Assembly: GCA_963799485.1 (NCBI GenBank)
Contig: CAWCXJ010000009.1
Coordinates: 32,001 to 96,000, forward strand
From: an uncultured Trueperaceae bacterium
Lineage (GTDB): Bacteria; Deinococcota; Deinococci; Deinococcales; Trueperaceae
Reading direction: 5' to 3'
DNA: 64,000 nt
Made by a program: the position numbers and the translations under genes. A model generated the notes under the pieces. It was not told the origin of the DNA and did no database searches. It saw only the letters and a list, made by a program, of their open reading frames with translations. Of the stretch, positions 1 through 9,264 are shown one piece after another; positions within the stretch are counted from its first letter, which is position 1; each line of letters opens with the position of its first letter.

Positions 1-1232
1 CCACGCTTCAGCAACTTTTCTTCTCTGACTCTGGTTTCTAGCCGGGCCCGCCGCCGCGCGAGGCTCTGATAGATAGCTTCGGGGCTCGAGGCCAACCGCC
101 GCTGCAAGATGGTTAGGGCGAAACCGACGGTGCCTTTACGCCCGCCCTCGGCGAGGGCGTCCACCCGGTTGAACTCCTCGCGCACGTAATCAGTGACTTC
201 GGCGTAAAGTTTGGCCTCGAGGTCACTTAGGGCGTAGGGGATGGTATGCGCTCTACGTTCGGGGAAGAGCGGTTTGCCGTCAAACTTAACGAGCTGCTCT
301 TTGACGAGTCGCCGCATCAGGTCGGAGGTATCGACCTGGTGGACGCCATCACGAAACTTACCCTCAAAACGGTCGCCGTCTAAGAGCGCCATAAAGAGCT
401 GAAAGTCGGCGTCTTTGCCGTTATGGGGCGTCGCGGTCATCAAGCAGAAGTGCCGGGTGATCCGGGAGAGAACCTGACCCAACTTGTAACGTTTGGTGTA
501 GTTGACTTCGCCCCCAAAATATGAGGCGGACATCTTGTGGGCTTCGTCGCAGACGATCAAATCCCAATCGGTCAGCTCGAGCTTGGCGAGCAGGTCTTCA
601 TTACGCGAAAGCATATCCAGACGGGCAATCACCAGTGGCGCTTCGGCCAGCCAGTTGCCTGAGCGTGCTGTCTCGAGGCGGTCGTTGGTCATAATCTCAA
701 ACGGCAACCCAAACCGGCTGTCAAGTTCGTCTTGCCACTGCTCGACCAAACTGCCAGGACAGACGATCAGGCAGCGGCTTAAGTCCCCTCTTACGAGCAG
801 CTCTTTGATAAACAACCCGGCCATGATGGTTTTGCCTGCGCCAGGGTCATCTGCGAGCAAAAAGCGGAGGGGTTGCCGCGGCAGCATGGCCTCATAGACG
901 GCGGTGATCTGATGAGGAAGCGGCTCGACTTGCGAGGTGTGAACCGCTAAGTGTGGGTCAAAAAGGTGCGCCAGCCGGATACGGTGCGCCTCTGAAACGA
1001 GCCGAAGTAGCCCTCCGTCTGCGCTCAAGTTCCAGCTGAGTCCGGCTTGGGTCAGCTCGAGTTCAGCTTCACGGTCGCGGTAGAGCATTTCACTGCCCGT
1101 CTGACCCGCCACAGTTTTGTAGGTCAGTTCAACCGCAGCCGAGCCGTACCACTGGGTTGCGAGGACGGTAACGGTTTCTCCGGGGATGATGCCTTTGACA
1201 TCTGCGCCAACGTTCAGCTCTTCAAGCTGCAC
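1..1232 (-). CDS. SNF2-family helicase (type usually carrying C-terminal DUF3883), 5' part; runs off the left edge
   Basis: Not in the ORF track. Manual translation of the minus strand from GTG at 1232 (RBS GGAGA) gives VQLEEL...[37 protein letters not shown] (motif I), [26 protein letters not shown] (DEAH) and LMTATPHNG, open to position 1. Confidence 0.9.
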   Translation of the reverse strand, partial: MQLEELNVGADVKGIIPGETVTVLATQWYGSAAVELTYKTVAGQTGSEMLYRDREAELELTQAGLSWNLSADGGLLRLVSEAHRIRLAHLFDPHLAVHTSQVEPLPHQITAVYEAMLPRQPLRFLLADDPGAGKTIMAGLFIKELLVRGDLSRCLIVCPGSLVEQWQDELDSRFGLPFEIMTNDRLETARSGNWLAEAPLVIARLDMLSRNEDLLAKLELTDWDLIVCDEAHKMSASYFGGEVNYTKRYKLGQVLSRITRHFCLMTATPHNGKDADFQLFMALLDGDRFEGKFRDGVHQVDTSDLMRRLVKEQLVKFDGKPLFPERRAHTIPYALSDLEAKLYAEVTDYVREEFNRVDALAEGGRKGTVGFALTILQRRLASSPEAIYQSLARRRARLETRVREEKLLKR

Positions 1233-1387
1233 AGGTGAGGTCTCCAAATCGTCGAGCACACGGCCTACGTTCCCCGGCGTTACGGTTCATGTGCTCTCAT
1301 TAGTTCAGACCATGCTAAGGCATTTTTCTAAACCAACGCAAGAAGTTTTTTACGTCTCATCAAGGTGTAGTTTGAAGATGAAAAAAT

Positions 1388-1410
1388 GTTCGTACCCTAT
1401 TCGTACCCCA
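1388..1410. repeat. Direct repeat TTCGTACCC x2, candidate integrase arm-type sites
   Basis: gTTCGTACCCtaTTCGTACCCca lies next to the tRNA-fragment att-like site. Confidence 0.45.
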
Positions 1411-1444
1411 AAAGAAAAAACGGCCACCTTACAGAAGTGACCGT
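1411..1444 (-). terminator. Intrinsic terminator downstream of the tRNA fragment
   Basis: Minus strand ACGGTCACTT-ctgt-AAGGTGGCCGT followed by TTTTTCTTTT. Confidence 0.65.
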
Positions 1445-1469
1445 CTCCGCGTTTCTCGCGTCCCTGACG

Positions 1470-1493
1470 TGGTGCAAAGAGCAGGACTTGAAC
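1470..1493 (-). mobile_element. tRNA 3'-end fragment (T-loop to CCA), probable att site; tRNA-Leu-like
   Basis: Minus strand GTTCAAGTCCTGCTCTTTGCACCA reads as T-loop, 3' T-stem, acceptor strand and CCA. The upstream GTGAG does not pair with CCTGC and no D arm or anticodon arm is present. Confidence 0.7.
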
Positions 1494-1738
1494 TCACACG
1501 TAAAGATGTAACTCTACTGAAGGTGGGATCAACCACCTGAAGCTTATCGAACGGCAGCTGTCTGGACGTAGGTCGTTTAGCCTGCTCCGCAAGCGCATTC
1601 TGCTAGCTCCTCGAAAGGCACTGCGTTGACAGGTGAACCAATTTCCTGTTGCTTTCTCCTGCTTTGTCGATATTTTGAGACAAGAATAGAGGGTCAGAAG
1701 CCTTCAAAACAACCACTCTACTTCGTGTCACGTCTGTG

Positions 1739-2089
1739 CTATTTCTGCTTCTGGACGATTCTGCGTGCTTGCCACGCCCTCCAAGCTTGCCAGCCGACGC
1801 TTATACCTACAACAGCTTCCCAACCGACCAACACTAAGCCAACTAAAAGTGCCAAGAGCGCGAGCAGCAAGTTGCCGATGGGTGCAAGAACAGTAGCGAG
1901 CAGCGCAATAGTCAGCACCGCGAAGATGACGCTAAACCACAAAAGCGGCTCGAGCCACAACCAGCGGTAAAAGCCGTAGAACATCACCGCTGCTAGAGCC
2001 GCGATAGGCCACGCCTCGAGCCAGCCCATACCAACAAGCGTTAGCGCCAAGCAGAAGAAGATCATCAGAAGCCGGCCTTCGTGCATCAC
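1739..2089 (-). CDS. Small integral membrane protein, coupled to the VirD4-like gene
   Basis: 116 aa, highly hydrophobic; start overlaps the stop of 2086..3146. Confidence 0.6.
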   Translation of the reverse strand: MMHEGRLLMIFFCLALTLVGMGWLEAWPIAALAAVMFYGFYRWLWLEPLLWFSVIFAVLTIALLATVLAPIGNLLLALLALLVGLVLVGWEAVVGISVGWQAWRAWQARRIVQKQK

Positions 2090-3146
2090 GTCTCCTCGGG
2101 GTCGATATACCGCTTACGCGTTCTAGGCGGGAATTGATCAGGTTGTTCCCGCTTCGCCACGTTCTTATGCATATGTGCTCCCGTCATGTTCGTAGAGTTC
2201 TTTCTAGGTACTTTCTCGTCAGTAGGTACGAGTGCGGCGTCCGGTAGCTCGAGCCTCGCCAACAACGTCGGCGGCAACTGTGCCCTCTCCCGCAACACCT
2301 TGAGGTCGGGAAACCCCAACCGCTTACCTCGGATCGGCATCGCGTCCCGGCTCAGTACGATGACCTCATCGCGCCCAAGCATCCGCACCTCGTCGGGCGT
2401 TAGCAGCGGACGGGTTGTGTAACCCTGGGTGATCGTCTCCTGTGAGAACAAGCCAGGTGCCCGGCTCCGCCGCTCCTCGGAGACACTCTTCTGCCCCAGA
2501 TTGCGGCTGATGTACTCGGCAGTCTTAAGCGACAGGGCACCGTGAAAGACCTTGTGGTGACAGTTTGATAAGATGGTCTCGCCGCCGTTTAGTCCATACG
2601 TGTCCCAGAGCTGGTCGAGCGCCTGCACATAAAGCGCCAGGCTGACGTTACGCCCGGCTAAGGTTGCGCTGTGGGCAGGCAAGTTGGGTACTCGCACCCG
2701 TCCGGCTTCATCTAATGCGAGGATGACGGGGCGATGTGGGGTGGTGGATGTTTTGTCGGTCTCTCTAGCTAGGGCCGTAATCAGCGCCGTCAGAATCAGG
2801 TTGAGCGGCCCGGAGAGGCTCTCGAGTTCGTGTTCAGGCCACATTAAGTACACGGTCGTCGTGCGGGTGAGGAGGTCTCGAGCCTGAAAATCTGCCTTAG
2901 AGGTAAGCGTCAGTACCCCCGGCAGCAGATACGGCTTCGTGCGTTTGACGAGGGCGTTCCAGACCGAGACGATATGACCGCGTGGCGCGTTGAAGTGCTC
3001 GTCGGTTGCCTCTTCGGGCGGCATTCCCAAGAACGTTTCTAAGAACTCGGCGGTGAGGTCGTCTGGCACGGTCGCTAACGCCTCGACAAAGGCGCGGCCT
3101 GATCCATGTGCCTGACGTAAGAGCTGCTGTAAGTAAACAAGAGAAG
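2086..3146 (-). pseudogene. virD4: Type IV secretion coupling protein VirD4/TraG, C-terminal part; N-terminus removed at the IS3 end
   Basis: ILALDEAGR (Walker B), LYVQALDQLWDTYG, ILSNCHHKVF, TAEYISRNLG and RPLLTPDEVR are typical of TraG-D_C. The ORF-track N-terminus is read from inside the IS3. Confidence 0.8.
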
Positions 3147-3209
3147 TGGACCCCTGAAAGCGGACAGACCCCTTAGTTGAAAGCACTAAGCTTTCAGAAG
3201 GGGGAAGAG

Positions 3210-3491
3210 ATGAAAAAGCAGAGACGAAACCACTCAGCTGCATTCAAAGCCAAGGTTGCACTAGCGGCAGTCAAAGAGGAGAAAACACTCGCTGAGTTGT
3301 CGCAACAGTTTGGGGTTCACGTTCAGCAAATCTCGGCCTGGAAACGGCAGCTGCTCGAGCAAGCAAGCGATGTGTTCGAGAGCGGTAGCGACAAAAAGCG
3401 TAACTTCGAGGCCGAGGTCAAAGAGTTGCACGCCAAGATCGGCGAGCTAACGATGGAACGAGATTTTTTGTCCAACAAGTCAGGTCGTTGA
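3210..3491 (+). CDS. IS3 transposase OrfA (HTH)
   Basis: RRNHSAAFKAKVALAAVKEEKTLAELSQQFGVH...LHAKIGELTMERDFL. Confidence 0.9.
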   Translation: MKKQRRNHSAAFKAKVALAAVKEEKTLAELSQQFGVHVQQISAWKRQLLEQASDVFESGSDKKRNFEAEVKELHAKIGELTMERDFLSNKSGR

Positions 3492-4384
3492 GCCGCACCG
3501 AACGTAAAGCGATGGTCAATCCTAAGACGCAGTTGTCGGTGGTCAAGCAGTGTCGTTTACTTGGTGTGAGCCGTTCGTCGGTGTACGACCAGGGAGCGGT
3601 CGTGTCAGACGAGGAGCTCTCACTCATGCGTCAGCTTGACGAAATCCACCTTGCCCGACCCTTCCTGGGAAGCCGTCGGCTGGTTGACGAACTCAAAGAC
3701 CGTGGTCTTACAGTCAACCGCAAACGGGTTCAGCGCTTGATGCCGATCGTGGGCATTACCGCCGGTTATCCCAAGCCGAGAACGTCCAAAGCCGCCAAGG
3801 GACACGACGTCTACCCCTACCTCCGACGCGGCCTCGATTTTGAGCGAGCCAACCAGGTATGGGTCGCCGATATTACCTACTTGCCTATGGCTGGAGGTTT
3901 CTGCTACCTCGTTGCGGTCATGGACTTGTACAGCCGCAAGATTCTCAGCTGGCAACTGTCGAACACGCTCGACCCACGCTTTTGCGTCACTGCCCTTGAA
4001 GAAGCGCTGCAACGCTACGGTTCACCTGAAATCTTCAATACCGACCAAGGTGCTCAGCTCACATCTCAAGTATTCACCAGGTTACTCGACCGGCATGGCG
4101 TCCAAATCAGCATGGACGGCAAAGGTAGGTGGATTGATAACGTCTTTATCGAACGCTTCTGGCGCAGTCTCAAGTACGAAGAGGTTTATCTTTTCGCCTA
4201 TGGCGACCTGGCTGAAGCCCGAACTGGCCTAGATCGCCACATGCGCTACTACAACGGCAAACGGCGTCACAGCAGCTTGGGCAAGCAAACGCCTGATGAG
4301 GTGTACTATCAAGCGACGAGCAACCCTGCACGATCTGCTCTAAAGGTTCCAGGTCAGGCGTTGACGCCTGAACCTTGCTCGTGA
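3488..4384 (+). CDS. IS3 transposase OrfB (rve integrase core, DDE)
   Basis: WVADITY, FNTDQGAQ, DNVFIERFWRSLKYE; TTGA overlap with orfA. Confidence 0.9.
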   Translation: MSRTERKAMVNPKTQLSVVKQCRLLGVSRSSVYDQGAVVSDEELSLMRQLDEIHLARPFLGSRRLVDELKDRGLTVNRKRVQRLMPIVGITAGYPKPRTSKAAKGHDVYPYLRRGLDFERANQVWVADITYLPMAGGFCYLVAVMDLYSRKILSWQLSNTLDPRFCVTALEEALQRYGSPEIFNTDQGAQLTSQVFTRLLDRHGVQISMDGKGRWIDNVFIERFWRSLKYEEVYLFAYGDLAEARTGLDRHMRYYNGKRRHSSLGKQTPDEVYYQATSNPARSALKVPGQALTPEPCS

Positions 4385-4429
4385 ATAAAGTTAGGAACTA
4401 ATCGGGTGCTGTCCGGCGGATGGGGTTCA

Positions 4430-5277
4430 CCTTTGTGAACACTGGAACGCCCACCTGTTAGCGACCAAACTCATCGAACTGGCGATTGTCACAACGGTAT
4501 CAAGCGAGACTGTTCGAACCAGGCTAAAAAAAACAAACTCAAACCTTGGTTGAAAGAGCAATGGTGTATAGCTCCAAAGCAGAGTGCTGAGTTTGTTTGT
4601 GCGATGGAAGATGTGCTTGCGGTGTATCACCGACCCCATGACCCCAAACGTCCGCTGGTATGTTTCGACGAGGGCACAAAACAGTTGACCAAAGAAATGC
4701 GTTTAGCTTTACCGACTCGACCTGGCGAGATAGCTAAATACGACTATGAATACGAACGTAACGGGACGGGCAACCTGTTTATGTTTTTCGCGCCTTTAGC
4801 GGCTTGGCGGCACGTCAAAGTCACAGAAAGACGCACCATGATCGATTTTGCACGGTGTATGCGTGACTTAGTTGACATCCATTTTCCCAAAGCCGAGAAG
4901 ATTATTCTGGTTATGGACAACCTCAACACCCACAAACTCGCGTCGCTTTACAAAGCTTTTGAAGCTGCTGAAGCAAGACGTATCATCGAAAAGTTAGAAC
5001 TTCACCACACGCCTAAACACGGTTCCTGGCTCAATATGCGGGCAGGCCCGGAAGGTGCTGTTTTGCCCAAGACGGCAGAGATTGAACTCAGTGTGTTACA
5101 GCGGCAATGTCTCAAAGCGCGTATACCTCAGCAGCAGGCCTTGAACGACAGTCTCAATCTCTGGCAAACGGTTCGCAACACCTCCAAAGCTAAAGTGACC
5201 TGGCGCTTTACAACTGAGGACGCACGTATTAAGCTCCATAGTCTCTATCCGTCAATAGATGTTGGCTGAACTACTAG
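4430..5277 (+). mobile_element. IS630-family element, 5'-truncated by IS3; transposase with A-run frameshift and a 36-bp in-frame insert
   Basis: HTH tail ...SSETVRTRLKK with an A-run at about 4526-4534 leading into LKPWLKEQWCI; CFDE, VMDNLNTH, GSWLNM..AEIE; ends ...ACTACTAG. Confidence 0.85.
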
Positions 5278-5426
5278 GTCTCCTTTGGTCAGCCTGACCA
5301 TGTTTGCTGCAAGATGCTTTTGTGCTGTCTGGACGGGTAGGTTTTATCTGCCCAGGTGTTTCCGTGTGTCCGCATCCTTATATACTGCTTTATGCCATTC
5401 GGTAAATCTGCTTCCGGAGAAACCGT

Positions 5427-6908
5427 TTGAAGATCTCTGTCCTCTACCTCGCGCTCCTTTTCGGTCTGGTCGCTTGCACGCCGGCCTCAGCGCCAGACGC
5501 GCGTGGCGGTGCGGACTTTGTCCTTTGCCGCGCAGTGGAAACCGCGCCGAATCCGGTATGGCAGGGACTTGGGGGCTGGCTCTTCAACCGCGGCGATATG
5601 ATCGCGCGTTTCGACCCCGGCGTACCCGTGCGTTCCGACCTGGCGCGGCTGGCCCAGGCTTTTAGGCTGCAAGGCGTGACGCTCGTTGCTGTGGTTTTGC
5701 CGACGCGCGCAAGCGTTTATGAGGGCCAGCTCGACCGCCGGAAACCTGTTTTTGCCGACTATTCGGCGGCGGCGGCGCGGCAGTCTTACCGAGACTTTTT
5801 GGCCGAACTTCGCGCGGCTGGAATACTCGCGCCCGACCTCACCTTGGAGATCGACCCCTTGCCGGTTACGACAGCACCAGCTGGTACAGCACCAAACACT
5901 ACAGCACCAAACGCTACAGCACCAAACGCTACAGCACCAATCGGCATGGCCCAAATCGGTACCGCACCCGCCGACCGCACCGCCTTTTACTTTAAGTACG
6001 ACCAGCACTGGACGAGTATCGGTGCGCGGCGCGCGGCAGCGGCGGTTGCAGCAACGCTCCGACCGTTACCTGCTTATCAGAAGCTCGAGAAAACCCGTTT
6101 CCGCACCCGCTCACAGGGCTGGGTGACGCAAAAGGGCTGGTTGCAAGAACGCGCTGAAAATCTTTGTCACATCACGCTCCCCGACGAAACGCTCGAGGTC
6201 TTTACCACTGCGCCGGTAGCCGACTCGAAACCCGGTCGGGCTACCGCAGCGGCGCTTTTCGCCGAGCCTGTCGCGCCGCCTGTGACCCTCGTCGGGACGA
6301 GCAACAGCAAACGGCTCCCGGACAAACCCGACCTCAACTTTTCCGGCTTTTTGCGGGAGTCTTTGGGGCTCGAGGTCTTTAACGCCGCGTTCGCCGGGGC
6401 CGGGGTTTACGGTTCGCTGCTGCCATACCTGCACTCGGACGAGTACCGCGCCGCTAAACCCAAGTTTATCGTGTGGGAGACGCTGATTTGGGACTGGCAC
6501 AACCGTCTGGGTTTGCCCGACGAACACCGTCAGGTGATTCCAAGTGTTTACGGTGCGTGTACCCCGGCAGCGGGGCTATTACCGACCCTTACCGAGGCGG
6601 ACGACCAAACGGATTTTACGGTGCTGCGTAACGGTGCAGCTTTACCCCTGCAGGGCCACGACTACTTTATCTACCTCGAGGTTGAAGACCGGGCGCTCGT
6701 CGATTTTTCGCTCGAGCTCCGCTACGCCGGGGGACAAGCGGAGAGCGTTCGGCTGGTTCACATGACGCGGGTTCCGAATCCGGGCCGGTTTTTTCTCGAG
6801 CTTTCAGATGAACTGCCCAACTTTCAAAGCGCCGCCATCAAAGCGCAGCGGGAGGTAACGGGCGTGGTGCGGGCGCGTATCTGCCGGGCTCCTTCAGCGC
6901 TGCCCTAA
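5427..6908 (+). CDS. algX: AlgX/AlgJ-family polysaccharide O-acetyltransferase, lipoprotein, with C-terminal carbohydrate-binding-like domain
   Basis: Lipobox LVAC; FYFKYDQHWT (DxH), LVGTSNS (catalytic Ser) and PKFIVWE motifs. Confidence 0.8.
   Translation: MKISVLYLALLFGLVACTPASAPDARGGADFVLCRAVETAPNPVWQGLGGWLFNRGDMIARFDPGVPVRSDLARLAQAFRLQGVTLVAVVLPTRASVYEGQLDRRKPVFADYSAAAARQSYRDFLAELRAAGILAPDLTLEIDPLPVTTAPAGTAPNTTAPNATAPNATAPIGMAQIGTAPADRTAFYFKYDQHWTSIGARRAAAAVAATLRPLPAYQKLEKTRFRTRSQGWVTQKGWLQERAENLCHITLPDETLEVFTTAPVADSKPGRATAAALFAEPVAPPVTLVGTSNSKRLPDKPDLNFSGFLRESLGLEVFNAAFAGAGVYGSLLPYLHSDEYRAAKPKFIVWETLIWDWHNRLGLPDEHRQVIPSVYGACTPAAGLLPTLTEADDQTDFTVLRNGAALPLQGHDYFIYLEVEDRALVDFSLELRYAGGQAESVRLVHMTRVPNPGRFFLELSDELPNFQSAAIKAQREVTGVVRARICRAPSALP
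5871..5940 (+). repeat. 15-bp tandem repeat (ACAGCACCA-N6) x5, in frame
   Basis: Encodes TAPAG-TAPNT-TAPNA-TAPNA-TAPI. Confidence 0.9.
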
Positions 6909-8369
6909 AGCGGTCTTGACCTCGGCGATTTCATCCCAGGGGAGGATTTCGTGGCGACGCTCGAGTGTCGTTTCATGCCCCTTACCGGCGAGCAGCACCA
7001 GGTCGCCGGGTTGGGCGAGTGCCAACGCCTGCCGAATCGCTTCGCGCCTATCGGGAACGACCGAAAACGTTTTGCCCTCTCTGCCGCCGCCCCCTCGCGC
7101 ACCCGCCGCGAGCTGCGCCATAATACTTTCCGCGTCTTCCGAACGCGAATCTTCTTCGGTAAAAACTACAAAGTCGGCGTTGAGAACGGCACTTTCGCCC
7201 AGCGGCGCACGTTTGCCGGGGTCGCGTTCCCCGGCGGCTCCTACCACGACGATAAGTCGCCCCGAGACCTGAGGCCGCACCGCCTGCAGCGCCTTGGTCA
7301 GTGCCGGGGGCGTGTGGGCAAAATCCACCACGACGGTAAACGGCCCCTGCTGCACGACCTGCATTCGTCCGGGAACACCCGGAAACGTCGCCAGCCGCCG
7401 GAGCAGCGGGCCAATCGACACGCCCGCTTCGGATGCAGCTGCCAGCGCTGCTAGTGCGTTTAGGACGTTGTAACGACCGACCATCGGCAAGCTGGCCTCA
7501 AAGCGGGCACCGCGCAGCTCGAGAATCCACTCGAGGCTCCCGGTCAACTCGCGCACCCCGGTAGCGTGCCAGACGGCCCCTGCCGCCGTGCCGTAGCTTA
7601 CGCTCCGCGCCGCGCGCCGGGCAAAAAAACGGTACTCCGGGTCATCGAAGTTGAGGACGCTGACGCGGGCACGGTCGATAAGTTGCAGTTTCGCCTCGCG
7701 GTAAGCCGCCATCGTCCTGTGAAAATCGAGGTGTTCGGGCGAGAGGTTTGTCCACACGCCCACGTCGTAGTCCACCTCGTCCAGGCGGCGCTGCGCGAAC
7801 CCGTGCGAACTCGATTCGATGACCGCGTAGCGGCACCCGGCCCGGACAAACCGCGCCAAAAGTTCCTGAACGGCGGGCGCTTCGGGCGTCGTAAAGTGAC
7901 CGGGCAGCGTCAGCGTTTCGTCCCGGACTTTAACCCCCGCCGTCGATAGCAGTCCCGTAGGCGACTCGCCAGAGAGCAGGTGGTGGAGCAAGTATGAGGT
8001 CGTGGTTTTGCCGTCGGTACCGGTCACGCCCAGCGTATAAAGTTTGCGCGACGGTTGACCGTAAAGCGTCGCCGCAAGTTTAGCGAGCGCACTTTTATCG
8101 TCGGGAACGTAAATGTAGGGGACAGCGTAAAACCACGGGAACGTCCTCTGCTCTTCGGGAAGCGCTGTCCCGACGATAGCGACCGCGCCCTGGGAGATGG
8201 CTCTTTCGGCAAAACGGTGCCCGTCCAACGCGCCGCCCCGCCGGGCGACGAAAATCGAGGGGACACCGGCCTCCAAGTCCCGGGTATCTTGCACGACGCG
8301 CACGACTTCGGCGTCGGGTAGCAGCGGGCGCACCCCGAGCGCGTCACGAACCAGTTTGGTAAGTTTCAC
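6894..8369 (-). CDS. murE: UDP-N-acetylmuramoyl-dipeptide--diamino acid ligase MurE
   Basis: GVTGTDGKTTT, FTTPEA, NLSPEHLDFH, VVVDFAHTP, LLAGKGHE. Probable start is GTG at 8369. Confidence 0.93.
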   Translation of the reverse strand: MKLTKLVRDALGVRPLLPDAEVVRVVQDTRDLEAGVPSIFVARRGGALDGHRFAERAISQGAVAIVGTALPEEQRTFPWFYAVPYIYVPDDKSALAKLAATLYGQPSRKLYTLGVTGTDGKTTTSYLLHHLLSGESPTGLLSTAGVKVRDETLTLPGHFTTPEAPAVQELLARFVRAGCRYAVIESSSHGFAQRRLDEVDYDVGVWTNLSPEHLDFHRTMAAYREAKLQLIDRARVSVLNFDDPEYRFFARRAARSVSYGTAAGAVWHATGVRELTGSLEWILELRGARFEASLPMVGRYNVLNALAALAAASEAGVSIGPLLRRLATFPGVPGRMQVVQQGPFTVVVDFAHTPPALTKALQAVRPQVSGRLIVVVGAAGERDPGKRAPLGESAVLNADFVVFTEEDSRSEDAESIMAQLAAGARGGGGREGKTFSVVPDRREAIRQALALAQPGDLVLLAGKGHETTLERRHEILPWDEIAEVKTALGQR

Positions 8370-8622
8370 GCCGCTAGAACCTTTTTGCCAAACCCGGCTC
8401 GGGGCGTCGTGCAACAAGGGTACAAACAATAGAAGTGCAAACAATAAAAGTGCAAACAAGGTTTTGCCCGTTTAGTAATGACTGCACCGCGTCACCTTCC
8501 ACACCCAAACCCCCAAGCACTCGCCTGCCAAAAGAAAAATAACACAAAACGTCGTGCTGTGCGGCGTTAAGCTGAGCGTGACACGCCTGGAATTCTCGAG
8601 CCTGCAGCAGCGGAAGGCCGTT

Positions 8623-9246
8623 TCAGGGTGACAAAATCGGTTCGGTAAGGTAGGGGCGCAGCTGCTCGAGTACCGCTTCCAAAGCGGCGGTGTCATAGAT
8701 AAAATCGAAAGAGTCGGCCTCTAAGACAACCTTCGGCGAAAGCTCATACGCCGTAAACCAGCGCTCGTAAAGTACGCCGAGCCGCAGCAGGTAATCGTCT
8801 GAAAGCGCCGCTTCAAACGCTCGCCCGCGCAGGGCAATGTGGCGGCGCAAGGTCGGCAGCGACGCCCGCAAGTAAATGAGCAGGTCGGGCGACTTTAGCG
8901 CGTCCCGGATAGCCTCATACATCGTGGTGTAAACCCCGAAATCGCGCGCGTCCAGCACACCCGTTTCAAAAAGGTTACGGGCAAAAATCCCGGCGTCTTC
9001 GTAAAGCGTCCGGTCTTGAATCACGCGCCGTCCCGGATTGACCTGTGAGACATGTTGCGCCAGACGCTTGGACAAGAAAAACATCTGCGAGTGAAACGCG
9101 TAACGCGGCATATCGGCGTAAAAGTCTGCCAGATAGGGGTTTTCATCGGCGGCTTCGTACACGGGCTCGAGCGCAAAGTTTTCCGCCAAGATTTTCGTCA
9201 GGCTCGACTTCCCGGCCCCAATATTGCCGGCTACAGCAACAAACAT
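8623..9246 (-). CDS. Deoxynucleoside kinase (dCK/dAK-like)
   Basis: GNIGAGKS P-loop, QDRTLYED, PDLLIYL, RGRAFE. Confidence 0.9.
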   Translation of the reverse strand: MFVAVAGNIGAGKSSLTKILAENFALEPVYEAADENPYLADFYADMPRYAFHSQMFFLSKRLAQHVSQVNPGRRVIQDRTLYEDAGIFARNLFETGVLDARDFGVYTTMYEAIRDALKSPDLLIYLRASLPTLRRHIALRGRAFEAALSDDYLLRLGVLYERWFTAYELSPKVVLEADSFDFIYDTAALEAVLEQLRPYLTEPILSP

Positions 9247-9264
9247 ACGAATATCAAATCCACC

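Larger units (their letters stand above)
3147..4429 (+). mobile_element. IS3-family insertion sequence
   Basis: Imperfect terminal IRs TGGACCCCtgaaagCGGACAG and (reverse complement) TGAACCCCatccgcCGGACAG, TG...CA ends, orfA and orfB. No target-site duplication. Confidence 0.9.

Noticed and set aside
1420..1560. Complete tRNA gene
   Set aside because: Only the last 24 nt are tRNA-like; there is no matching 5' T-stem, D arm or anticodon arm.
502..1970. Plus-strand ORFs 502..897, 1047..1238, 1186..1440 and 1626..1970
   Set aside because: Antisense shadows of the helicase or membrane gene, or spanning the att region; no protein motifs.
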